A program made the position numbers and the translations under genes. A stretch of 62,277 bases of DNA, filler included. It is 4 parts of 4 records of this genome, joined end to end, with 100 filler letters (N's around TTAATTAATTAA, not from the genome) between each part and the next. Parts side by side here need not be neighbours in the genome. Positions count along the whole stretch, not along the records: positions 28,179 to 38,076 come from DRR378314_1966; positions 38,177 to 45,744 come from DRR378314_1967; 2 more parts are not named here. One strand, given 5' to 3'. How positions within the stretch are numbered: position 1 is the stretch's first letter; each line of letters begins with the position of its first letter. Below, piece after piece: positions 35,201 to 44,550 of the stretch. The notes below the pieces were generated by a model. It searched no databases. It saw only the letters and a program-made list of their open reading frames with translations, and was not told the DNA's origin.

Positions 35201-36554
35201 TCCGTTTCCCGACAAGAGTGTGCATGCCATTTTCAGCAGTTTCACGCTAGGTATGATACGATGGAGTTGCGACGATGAGGAGCAAAGATTATACGTATTT
35301 CCTGTGATTTTTTTTTTTCGTCTGCAACATCCCATCAGGCGTTTTGTCTGCTTCATGCTCAACAGCGCAGTGAATGCAAAGGCTGCGGGAAGGAGCGGAA
35401 CGCGACCGTATTGAGCTCTACGTTTTGGCCGACATGAAGCTACAGTGTTTTGTTCTTTTTTCGTTCTAAAATTCTGACATGGTGTTTTCATCGTTCACTT
35501 GGCCCGCGCTCTCGCGTGTTTTTGTGCTACGGGATACGCCAGACCTTGTCGATGCGAAGGAGATTCCCGATTTCTTTTCCCATGCGAGACGCGTGCTGCG
35601 GCCACGAGGCCGAATATGCATCGTTTCGTTATCCAAATGTGGTATGTATGTGCTTTCTGTAGAAAGTATCTCTTTTCCTCTCGTCGAACTGTACACGGAG
35701 ATGATTGTAATAGCAAACAGCTTCCTGTTTTGAAGCCACGGAGCACATTTTCGCACAAGGGACTGCATTTCCTGACTGTGAGCAAGCGTATCGAGTGACA
35801 CACAATACTGTTTGCGTTCGCCTGCGCTCGCGATTGGCAGTGGCAGATCTTTTCGTGGGCTTGGCTACACAGGCATCTGACGCATTCTGCACCCGTGTAA
35901 CGATGGATGATGCGTCCAGGAACGACGCGGATGGATCGGCTGTACGAGTGGTTCCACGAGAAGTTCCCAATCGCCGTTGATTGCAGGCCGATTTTTGTGC
36001 AGAAGGCGATGGAGGACGCGGGGTTCAAAACAAGGAGACTTCGGGTGCGTCTTTCACGCACCACGGGCACTGCCACGGAAGCTCTCTGACTTTGAAAGCG
36101 ATTTCCTGCATACCGTATCATGTTGTTTGTGCGCATATTACGTTGTTCTGCCCATGTGTCGCTTGTTGTCGCGGGAGGAGCTCACAGCGTCTTCGGCGGC
36201 TTGTTGACCTGTGTCTCGTGCCTCATGCCCTTCCGTGGTTCATTTCCTTGCTTCCGGTGCGCATTTTGTGGTGTATCTGCAGATTATGCATATGTGGGGA
36301 CTTTCAGGTACGTCATCATGTCGGGAAGAGGGTCGTTTGTTTGTTTGGGATTTGTTTGCAAAAGAAAAGAAACAAGCCGGCGCACCTGGTTCCGTCGCTT
36401 TCGCACGGCGACGTTGCGCGCCTTGAGCGACCTAGCGAGCTCAACGTTGCGCTATCGGCCAAGTGTGTCGCTGATTCCAATTGTTTCGTTCCCCTTTCCA
36501 TCGTTGATTTCTGATCAATGCACTGCAGTCGAAGTGGTTGTCGCCGAGAAATAA
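32283..36554 (+). CDS. PX domain fused to a class I SAM-dependent (UbiE/Methyltransf_11-like) methyltransferase; 11 exons (32283-32360, 33141-33199, 33393-33507, 33763-33876, 34163-34304, 34786-34865, 35088-35250, 35543-35641, 35920-36044, 36283-36307, 36529-36554), 341 aa
   Basis: PX motifs: LYEVQV...W.VEKRYSEF...PALPPKKW...FLSSRQNGLNNF. MTase motifs: GERVLEIGFGTG, VYGIDISDKML, RRVLRPRGRI, LYEWFH.KFP..VDCRPI. The exon total is 1026 nt in frame, with one GC-AG intron. Confidence 0.85.
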
Positions 36555-36808
36555 TTTGCTCCTCTCAGGTTCTGCACAGCGCGTGCTGCTGTGCAAGCCA
36601 AACACAGGACTGAGCGGCGAGCTCGCCGCCGCGACCTCCTCCTATTTAAATACAGCGGGTTCTGATTCAACGAACTAGGGTGACGTGGACCATTTCCCCC
36701 TCCCCTCGCCTTCGTGTTCCTGTCGCAGCGCGCACAGGTCCGCCCCGCTGCACAGCTGCGCGTTTCCGCCTCGGCTGCACCCGTCTCTGCCCGCTTGGCC
36801 CCATCGCG

Positions 36809-38076
36809 ATGAGCACAACAAAAGAAATTGCCGCCGCTATCGTGCGTTTCCTTCGGGATGTTCCGCGGTCGGAGGTTTCCGGGGACGCCGAGGGTTTGGA
36901 CGTTGCTGCCGCGTGCGTATCGACTGCGTTTGGCGTGCAAGAAGGGGACGTGTCGCAAGCGGTCGTGCTCTCGGACACGTGGAAACAGCTGCAAGGTGCT
37001 TCCTCCCGAAACGGGGCAGCGCACTTCGCCGTCTATTTCCATGCGACCTCCACTCACGAACGCATACGGGCATCTCGATGCACATCTACTGTAGCGTCGC
37101 TGTTCATTGTAGGGGTCAAGTCAAGCGCTTGCTTGAGCACGCGCCGCTGCCGCCTTCCTCGCCGCGTCGGCACGTGCAACCGACGCCGTACTGTGCGTGT
37201 TCCGCACAGTGGGCCGCTCAAGCAGCGTGGCGCGAGCGCGGCCTGGCTAGACCGCCCTTCGCTCCGGCGTAGCTTATTTTGCAAGCTTGGTGAATATTGA
37301 GAGTGGCCCCGGTAGCTACGCTCGTGGGTCGGCGTTTTCAGGTCCTCCGTGCTCCCGCGTGCGCGGCGCGTCGACGGCGCAGTCGCAATGGCGCGGCGCT
37401 ACGGCGCGGCGGAGGCTGCGCCGACCTGGCGCTCGCGCGGGGACAAGCCAGCCCGTGCTCTTGCGCCTGCGTCATCCATGCGCAGGCGGGCGGCGGCGTT
37501 CCGCCTTGATACGCCCTCCACCTTAAGAAAAAAAACAGGGGAATGATGGTCACTACTGGCTCACTTGCCCGAGTAGATTCGTGCACGGCAAGAAGAATGC
37601 CGGCTGTCGAGGCGATTTTCTGGCTGCCAACAAATCTGCGGCTGCTAGGAATTTCCCGCACGGCGTTTCCTGAAGCTGCGTCGCGTACTCACCACAGTTG
37701 TCGCCGCCCCTGTGGCTTTCGTTCGATCCCTGTTGTGTTGCAGGAAAGAAAGACATTTCGCCAGAGTCGTATGAAGAAAAATTGAGCAAATTCGTTCAGC
37801 TGTGTAAAGACAAGGGAATGTTCCGCGGCTTGGAGGAAGGCACTGCAGGTACTGCGGGCGAGCCGCTCCGTCGTCGTGCGCAGCGTGTATGCTGGGGCTC
37901 CTACGGTATCCGTTCACTGCCATATTTCCTTGCACAGTGTGCTGTGTATTCGCAAGTGCTAAGAAATATTCACTCAACGGCGTATTAATGGTTATGCAGC
38001 GTACGAAGAGCGTATCAAAGCGGTGAGGATGAAGTTCGAGCAGCGCCATGGCCCTGCACCTGCAGCAGCTGCTGCT
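36809..38076 (+). CDS. SGT/SGTA-like co-chaperone, N-terminal part only (truncated); exons 36809-36995, 37744-37848, 38000-38076
   Basis: Dimerisation-domain motif IAAAIVRFL...EGLDVAAACVSTAFGV, followed by KF...KDKGMFRGLEEGTAAYEERI...KF. The TPR repeats would lie beyond the contig end. Confidence 0.65.
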
Positions 38077-38176
38077 NNNNNNNNNNNNNNNNNNNNNNNN
38101 NNNNNNNNNNNNNNNNNNNNTTAATTAATTAANNNNNNNNNNNNNNNNNNNNNNNNNNNNNNNNNNNNNNNNNNNN
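38077..38176. other. Artificial contig spacer (eukaryote / alphaproteobacterium boundary)
   Basis: N44-TTAATTAATTAA-N44. Confidence 0.99.
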
Positions 38177-38605
38177 GTGATACCACCAGTCGATACGCTC
38201 GCCCGGTTTGCGATAGTCGGGCGTCCAGCCGAAATCCGGTGGGTAGATATCGGTCGTTAGCCGGTCCTCAAAGCCGTGCAGCTGGTCGGGGCCGACGAAA
38301 TGCATCTTGCCGGAGAGGCAGGTGTAATAGCCGGCGCGGCGCAGGTGGTGGGCGTATGTCGGGATCGAGGAGGCGAATTCGGCGGCATTGTCATAGACGC
38401 CGGTGGCGGAGGGCAGCTGTCCGGACATGAAGCTGGCCCGTCCCGGTGCGCAGAGGGGGCTGGCGGTATAGCAATTTTTGAACCGGGTGGAGCGTTCGGC
38501 CAGCGCCTTCATGTTCGGCGCGTGCAGCCAGTCTGCCGGACCATCCGGGAACAGCGTTCCATTCAGCTGGTCGACCATGAAAATCAGGATATTCGGGGAT
38601 GTCAT
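38177..38605 (-). CDS. betC: Choline-sulfatase, 5' part (truncated by contig end)
   Basis: PNILIFMVDQLNG.LFPDGPADWLHAP, formylglycine motif CAPGR, LSGKMHFVGPDQLHGFE and ERIDWWYH. Confidence 0.93.
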
Positions 38606-38763
38606 CAGGGACGTCTTTCTGGTGGCTCAATTGTGTGCCCGCCTAACAGGGGAAACTGATCGAAGTGATTGGCGTCTGCCTCCAAGCTGCTTCAACCTGT
38701 CCCGCGCACCGTTGGTGTTTCTGTTTCAGCGGCATCGTGGATCATGTCGCACACTATTCAGAC

Positions 38764-38781
38764 ATTGACTGATCAGTCAAT
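38764..38781. promoter_or_regulatory. Perfect 18-bp palindrome ATTGACTGATCAGTCAAT; putative BetI operator overlapping a TTGACT -35 element for betC
   Basis: Perfect inverted repeat about 160 bp upstream of betC that resembles TetR-family BetI sites. Confidence 0.7.
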
Positions 38782-38964
38782 CAAATCTCCTTCCGTCCAA
38801 TTTGGCGCACCCCACACACTGCAGAGCGGTCAAGGATTTGTCCGGCGGGAGGGCTTCGTCATAAACAGGGAGTAAATTCGACATACGAGGTCAGAGGTTC
38901 GCACCAGCATCATTGATTTCACGTTATTTTTACTGACAACCTGTAGTTGACAGGTGGGGCGTGA

Positions 38965-41043
38965 ATGCTACGGTTTATTCAGATCGGGAGGGGTCGAATG
39001 CTCTGCGGCAGGAAGCGGCAAAGGACGGCGTGGAGAACAGTCTCACGATGGATCGTTATGGTCTGCGCGAACCCGCTTCTCGCGCTCATTGGAGTGTCTG
39101 CATTTACTGCGACCGCGCTCGCGGACAGCAGTCGCGCCATTCTCAAGAAATCAGGGTTAAGTGGTCCTGACGCCATGGGCGCACATACAGCCCCGTCAGG
39201 AACAACAATCACCGAAGCATTTTACGCACAGCAATCGCCCGCTGTGGTCGCACTCTATCTGATATGTGCCGCCGCAATTCTCGCCTTGGCTCTCGCAGAG
39301 ACCTTTCGACGTCTCCGGCGCGCCCCGGTACAGGCACCGCAGTCTCCTGTGGCGACCTCCACCATAGCAACTTTCCGTCCCGGTACTGACAGCGTTGCTA
39401 TGCTAGATGCGGAAGCGCGCGTGATTGATGCCAATCCGCGTTTCCAGTCCGACACTGGATTGCCACTGGCCCAGATTCGGGGCCGCCCCATCTGGGCTCT
39501 CCATACCAAAGGATTTGGCAGAATATTCTGGGATAGCGCACTGGAAGAGGCACGACGGAGCGGTTCGTGGAACGGTGAGGCGCGTACGCTCGGTCATGGG
39601 CATTTGCCCGAAACCGAGAACATGTCTGTTCGCGCGCATAGTGGTACCGGCAGCGCCGATATGACTTTTGAGTTTCGATCACGCCGGCCCTTCAAGCCCG
39701 GTCCGAAGCATGCGTCTTCAATGGAAACCAAATTGCGTGATGCGCTCACCGGGCTCCCAACTCGAAGAGCAATGAAGTCACATGTCGAATTTGCAATTGT
39801 CCGCGCGAAGGCAACGCATAGTGAATTGGCGCTGATAATCATCGACTTGGACCGCTTCCGCGACATCAACTCCATTTTTGGAGACGACATCGGCGACCGC
39901 GTTCTGGAACGGCTTGCGAATGCTCTGCGTTTCGTAATGCGCCCGGGTGTCACCGTTGGTCGTATTGGTGGCGACGAGTTCGTTGTGCTGGTCGAACACG
40001 TCTCCAACGCCGAAGCCGTCCTGAGTATCGCCAACGAGATCAGCGCGGCGTTGGGAGATGAAGTTGTAGTCGACGGTCTGACTTGCAGGTTAAGCGCCAG
40101 CATGGGAATCGCTCAATACCCCAAGGATGGCGAAGGACAGCGTGGCCTGATGCAGGTGGCTGGCGTGTCGCTTTGCCACGCTAAAGCGAAGGGTCGTGGT
40201 CAGATTTGCTTCTATTCCGAGCATATGGAGCAACGTTCCAGCGACAACCTGCAGATGGAAATCGACCTGCGGCGGGCAATTTCGGACAGGGAATTGCTGA
40301 TGTTCTACCAGCCTCAGGTGGACCTGCGCACCGAGAGGTGTATCGGCGCAGAGGCCTTGTTGCGATGGCAGCACCCGAAGAAAGGGCTTCTGTTGCCCGG
40401 CGGGTTTGTCCCGCTTGCCCTCGATACTGGCTTAACCACAGCAATCGATAAATTTGTGATGCAGGAAGTCTGCGCTCAGATCGGGCAATGGCAGGATGCA
40501 GGCTTCGCACCGGGCAAGATTTCGGTCAACATGTCCGCAACGGCACTGCTGATCCCGGATTTTGCCAACGAACTAAAAACCACCGCGGACACCCACGGCC
40601 TGGACCTGAACCAGCTGGAAATCGAAGTATTGGAGAGCACGCTGTTTCCCCGCATGCGCAGCTCCCTGAATACAATCGACGACCTTCGCAACTTGGGGGT
40701 GACGCTTGCCATTGACGATTTTGGGACTGGGTACTCCTCGCTCGCTATGCTGAAGGATCTGCCGATTGATCGCATCAAACTCGACCGGCGCTTCATCAAA
40801 TCCCTACCCCATGACACCAAAGATGATCGCATCGTGGCAGCGATCGTCGCAATGGGGCGCAGTCTCGGGATTAGCGTGATCGCAGAAGGGGTCGAAACAC
40901 GTGAACAGCGGGATAGGCTGATCTCACTCGGCTGCACCGAGGCACAGGGGTTCCTCTTCAGTCGCCCGATCAGAGCGGATGACTTTTCCAGCGGCTGGCT
41001 GAGATGCAATCGCCCACAGGCCTTTGTCGGCTCCTCGACCTGA
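38965..41043 (+). CDS. Membrane-anchored PAS-GGDEF-EAL c-di-GMP enzyme (start uncertain)
   Basis: Hydrophobic segments, PAS-like region, D.LTGLP, DLDRFRDIN, intact GGDEF, EALLRW, DDFGTGYSS and AEGVET. Confidence 0.92.
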   Translation: MLRFIQIGRGRMLCGRKRQRTAWRTVSRWIVMVCANPLLALIGVSAFTATALADSSRAILKKSGLSGPDAMGAHTAPSGTTITEAFYAQQSPAVVALYLICAAAILALALAETFRRLRRAPVQAPQSPVATSTIATFRPGTDSVAMLDAEARVIDANPRFQSDTGLPLAQIRGRPIWALHTKGFGRIFWDSALEEARRSGSWNGEARTLGHGHLPETENMSVRAHSGTGSADMTFEFRSRRPFKPGPKHASSMETKLRDALTGLPTRRAMKSHVEFAIVRAKATHSELALIIIDLDRFRDINSIFGDDIGDRVLERLANALRFVMRPGVTVGRIGGDEFVVLVEHVSNAEAVLSIANEISAALGDEVVVDGLTCRLSASMGIAQYPKDGEGQRGLMQVAGVSLCHAKAKGRGQICFYSEHMEQRSSDNLQMEIDLRRAISDRELLMFYQPQVDLRTERCIGAEALLRWQHPKKGLLLPGGFVPLALDTGLTTAIDKFVMQEVCAQIGQWQDAGFAPGKISVNMSATALLIPDFANELKTTADTHGLDLNQLEIEVLESTLFPRMRSSLNTIDDLRNLGVTLAIDDFGTGYSSLAMLKDLPIDRIKLDRRFIKSLPHDTKDDRIVAAIVAMGRSLGISVIAEGVETREQRDRLISLGCTEAQGFLFSRPIRADDFSSGWLRCNRPQAFVGSST

Positions 41044-41256
41044 GCGCATCACCTGACAACTTCCAAAGTGAAAACCACGCAAAATCACTTCACCTCTTCC
41101 GTTGATAGTTACAAAAGCACCTAATAGCCCTGCTCCGGGGGCAATAGGATGGCTCAGCTTCATGCGTGCTTAAAAAACGGGCGCGACATCGAAGTCTCAT
41201 ACGGTAAGGTTGCCGTTGAGGAGCCGTAAATGGTCCCGGTCAAAGGGAGGAAACGC

Positions 41257-42303
41257 ATGACCACTCGCAGAGCAATTCTCGGTGCCGCCACCGCACTGGC
41301 AATATCCGCCATAGGCGCATTGCCCGTCGCCGCACAGGAGGTGACGCTAAAGATGCACCAATTCCTGCCCGCGCAGGCGAACGTACCAAAGCTGATCCTG
41401 GATGTCTGGGCCGACAAGGTCGAAGAGGCGTCTGGTGATCGGATCAAGATTGACCGCTACCCGTCGATGCAGCTAGGCGGCAAACCGCCAGAGCTGATCG
41501 ACCAAGCGCAGGACGGTGTTGCCGATATCGTCTGGACCGTCGTCGGCTACACGCCGGGCCGTTTTCCGTCGACCGAAGTCTTTGAATTGCCCTTCATGAT
41601 GACCAACGCGCGCGCGGTCAGCCACGCTTATTGGGATATGATGGAATCCCATTGGCTGGACAGCGAGTTCAAGGATTTCAAAATCCTAGCGGGATGGGTT
41701 CACGGCCCAGGCATGTTCCACACATCTGCCCCGGTTGAGACGCCGGAAGATCTCGAAGGCGTGAAAATTCGCGGCGGCTCGCGCTCCGTGAACGCGCTCC
41801 TGACGGAAATGGGTGCGACCCCCGTTGGCATGCCCGTGCCAGCCATCCCCGAAGCCCTGTCGAAGGGTGTGATCGACGGGACAACGATTCCGTGGGAAGT
41901 CACCACCTCTCTGAAGGTTCCGGAGCTGGTCGAAAACCACACCGAGTTCGAAGGGCGCGCGCTTTATACCCTGACCTTTGTTCTGGCGATGAACAAAGAG
42001 AAGTATGACAGCCTGCCGGATGACCTGCAGAAAGTCATCGATGACAACTCCGGCCTTGAAATGTCTGTTTTTGCAGGCGGCACCATGGCGGATGCCGACT
42101 TGCCCGCCCGTGAGAATGCGCTGGATCTTGGCAACAACGTCATCACTCTGGACGCAGAACAAACCGCCGTATGGCGCGAGCGGTCCCAACCCATCTACGA
42201 CAACTGGCTGGCTGACATGACCGAGCGCGGAATCGACGGTCAGGCGCTTCTGGATGAGGCCACCATGTTGATCGAAAAATACACGCCGCAGTACGAGAAC
42301 TAA
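41257..42303 (+). CDS. dctP: TRAP transporter substrate-binding protein
   Basis: GGGAGG RBS, signal peptide, YPSMQLGG, DGVADIVW...YTPGRFP, KIRG and ALSKGVIDG. Confidence 0.93.
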   Translation: MTTRRAILGAATALAISAIGALPVAAQEVTLKMHQFLPAQANVPKLILDVWADKVEEASGDRIKIDRYPSMQLGGKPPELIDQAQDGVADIVWTVVGYTPGRFPSTEVFELPFMMTNARAVSHAYWDMMESHWLDSEFKDFKILAGWVHGPGMFHTSAPVETPEDLEGVKIRGGSRSVNALLTEMGATPVGMPVPAIPEALSKGVIDGTTIPWEVTTSLKVPELVENHTEFEGRALYTLTFVLAMNKEKYDSLPDDLQKVIDDNSGLEMSVFAGGTMADADLPARENALDLGNNVITLDAEQTAVWRERSQPIYDNWLADMTERGIDGQALLDEATMLIEKYTPQYEN

Positions 42304-42317
42304 TCGAGACATCCATT

Positions 42318-42352
42318 GACGGGGTCCGCCTGCCTGTGCAGCGGGCCCCGTC
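42318..42352 (+). terminator. GC-rich stem-loop between dctP and dctQ (attenuator or mRNA stabiliser)
   Basis: GACGGGGTCCGC...GCGGGCCCCGTC inverted repeat with no U-tract. Confidence 0.55.
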
Positions 42353-42393
42353 GCATGCAATGGTGCTGTATAAAGCCAAAGGTGGGCAAAGGC

Positions 42394-42975
42394 ATGCATA
42401 ACTACATGATGGGGCTGGCGCGGATCATGGCGATGATCGGCGGCGCGGTCCTGACACTTCTCATTCTTCTGACCTGTATCTCGATCGCCGGGCGCCTGCT
42501 GAATGGCGTGTTTCACAGCGACGGGATCGAAGCCATGATGCCCCAATTCGCGGGCTGGATGACGGCGCATGTCGGCCCCGTGAACGGGGATTTCGAACTG
42601 GTCGAAGCGGGCGTTGCTTTCGCAATCTTCTCGTTCATTCCGCTGTGCCAGATTACTGCAGGTCATGCGGCGGTTGATGTCTTTGCCAATAGCTTTCCGC
42701 CCAAGGCAAACCGGATACTGCGCATGGTGACCGAGATAATCTTCGCCCTTGTGCTGGTTCTGATTGCTTGGCGACTGGGTGCAGGCACGGTCAGCAAATT
42801 CGAAAATGGCGAGACGTCGTTCCTGTTGGAATTCCCCACCTGGTGGGCCTATGGCACGAGCCTTGTGGCCGCTGTAGTGGCCGCAATCGTCGGAATATAC
42901 ATGGCCGCTGTTCGCAGCATCGAAGCCCTTACTGGCCGGATCCTCGTCCAGGACGGCGTGGAGACACAATCATGA
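42394..42975 (+). CDS. dctQ: TRAP transporter small permease
   Basis: About four TM segments, GDFELVE and GHAAVDVF; ATGA overlap with dctM. Confidence 0.9.
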   Translation: MHNYMMGLARIMAMIGGAVLTLLILLTCISIAGRLLNGVFHSDGIEAMMPQFAGWMTAHVGPVNGDFELVEAGVAFAIFSFIPLCQITAGHAAVDVFANSFPPKANRILRMVTEIIFALVLVLIAWRLGAGTVSKFENGETSFLLEFPTWWAYGTSLVAAVVAAIVGIYMAAVRSIEALTGRILVQDGVETQS

Positions 42976-44477
42976 GCGCACTCGAAATCGGTATCTGGTC
43001 GTTTCCCGTTCTGATGGGGTTGATCTTCCTGCGTGTTCCGATCGGGCTGGCAATGTTCCTGGTCGGACTGGGCGGTTTGGTTGCCGTCACTGGCGACACC
43101 CTGGTGGCTTTTGGTCGCCTGAAGAACGAGACCTACTCGACCTTCTCCTCCTATTCGCTGTCGATCATTCCGATGTTCTTCCTGATGGGGCAATTCGCAA
43201 CCCTGGGCGGCATGTCCACGGCTCTGTTCAAGGCCGCCGAAGGCTTTATCGGCCACCGCAAAGGCGGCGTGGCCATGGCCGCCATCGGTGCCTGTGCCGG
43301 CTTTGGCGCGATTTGCGGCTCCTCACTGGCGACCGCCGCCACCATGGGACGCGTCGCCCTGCCCGAGCTGAAGAACTATGGGTACGCCAGCGGGTTTTCC
43401 ACCGCTACGCTGGCGGCCGGCGGCACCCTCGGCATCCTGATCCCGCCCTCTGTGGTTCTGGTGATCTACGCCATTCTGACCGAACAGAATATCGCCAAGC
43501 TGTTCCTCGCCGCCTTCATTCCCGGCATTCTGGCAGCAATCGGCTATGTCATCGCAATCTCCGTCTACGTGCGCCTCTTCCCTGAAAGCGCGGGCACCCG
43601 GGAACCGATCCCGTGGCGCGAACGGTTTGCGCTGCTGATCGCAGTCTGGCCGGTGCTTCTGGTTTTTGGCCTTGTGGTGGGTGGCATCTACGCCGGTTGG
43701 TTCACCCCGACCGAAGGTGCCGCCGTGGGCGCGTTGGGAACCGGGTTGATCGCATTGGCCAACGGGGGCCTGACTCGCAGCACGCTGACCGATAGCTTTC
43801 TGGTCACCGCACGCTCCACCGCGATGATCTTCTTCATTGTGCTGGGTGCCGCCTTCTACAACGGCTTCCTCGCTCTGACGCAGGTGCCACAGGAACTGGC
43901 GAACTTCGTGGTGGCGCAAGGCCTCAGCCCATGGATGGTCCTTGCACTGATCCTTGTGTTCTACCTGTTCCTGGGTTGCCTGATGGACAGCCTTTCGATG
44001 ATCCTGCTGACAATCCCGATTTTCTATCCGGTGATCTCGGCAATGGATTTCGGCCTCGTATCGCTCCCTGCCATGCAGGCGGAGGCCGCGATGGAGGTCC
44101 TTCGAAATGGTGTGCCGGAGGGCATGGGTGCAGAAATGCTCGTCTCGATACAGGACGCGATCGCCAATGGCGCAGAGCTGACCCGCGAGCAAATGAAAGA
44201 ACTCGGGATTCGCGTGACGCAAGGCATCGCAAACCGGTTGGAGACTGAATATGTCGCCATCTGGTTTGGCATCCTGACGCTTATCGTCGTCGAGGTTGGC
44301 CTCATCACGCCGCCCGTGGGAATGAACCTCTTTGTCATCAATGCGATGGATCCCAAATCGCGCATGGTGGACACGTACAAGGCGGTCATGTTCTTCGTCG
44401 GATCCGATCTGATCCGGGTGGTGATCTTGGTGTTGTTCCCTGTGATCACACTCTTGCCCCTGATGCTGCTCTACTGA
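42972..44477 (+). CDS. dctM: TRAP transporter large permease with a C-terminal-region insertion
   Basis: Motifs AICGSSLATAATMG, AGGTLGILIPPS, FTPTEGAAVG and EVGLITPPVGMNLFVI. Confidence 0.93.
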   Translation: MSALEIGIWSFPVLMGLIFLRVPIGLAMFLVGLGGLVAVTGDTLVAFGRLKNETYSTFSSYSLSIIPMFFLMGQFATLGGMSTALFKAAEGFIGHRKGGVAMAAIGACAGFGAICGSSLATAATMGRVALPELKNYGYASGFSTATLAAGGTLGILIPPSVVLVIYAILTEQNIAKLFLAAFIPGILAAIGYVIAISVYVRLFPESAGTREPIPWRERFALLIAVWPVLLVFGLVVGGIYAGWFTPTEGAAVGALGTGLIALANGGLTRSTLTDSFLVTARSTAMIFFIVLGAAFYNGFLALTQVPQELANFVVAQGLSPWMVLALILVFYLFLGCLMDSLSMILLTIPIFYPVISAMDFGLVSLPAMQAEAAMEVLRNGVPEGMGAEMLVSIQDAIANGAELTREQMKELGIRVTQGIANRLETEYVAIWFGILTLIVVEVGLITPPVGMNLFVINAMDPKSRMVDTYKAVMFFVGSDLIRVVILVLFPVITLLPLMLLY

Positions 44478-44495
44478 CGGTGCACACATCCAACA

Positions 44496-44533
44496 AAGAA
44501 ACGCGCGCCCCATCAGGGTCGCGCGTTTTTCTT
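44496..44533. terminator. Bidirectional intrinsic terminator between dctM and the LacI gene
   Basis: aagaaacgcgcgccc-atca-gggtcgcgcgtttttctt hairpin with A and T tails, between convergent genes. Confidence 0.75.
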
Positions 44534-44550
44534 CATCCAAACGATTTAAA

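Noticed and set aside
1-38076. Hundreds of short Arg/Cys/Ala-rich ORFs in the six-frame track
   Set aside because: They are shadow ORFs of GC-rich introns and antisense strands. The spliced models explain the real coding signal.
43323-44540. 405-aa and 427-aa minus-strand ORFs over dctM and dctP/dctQ
   Set aside because: Antisense shadows caused by high-GC codon bias; no recognisable motifs.
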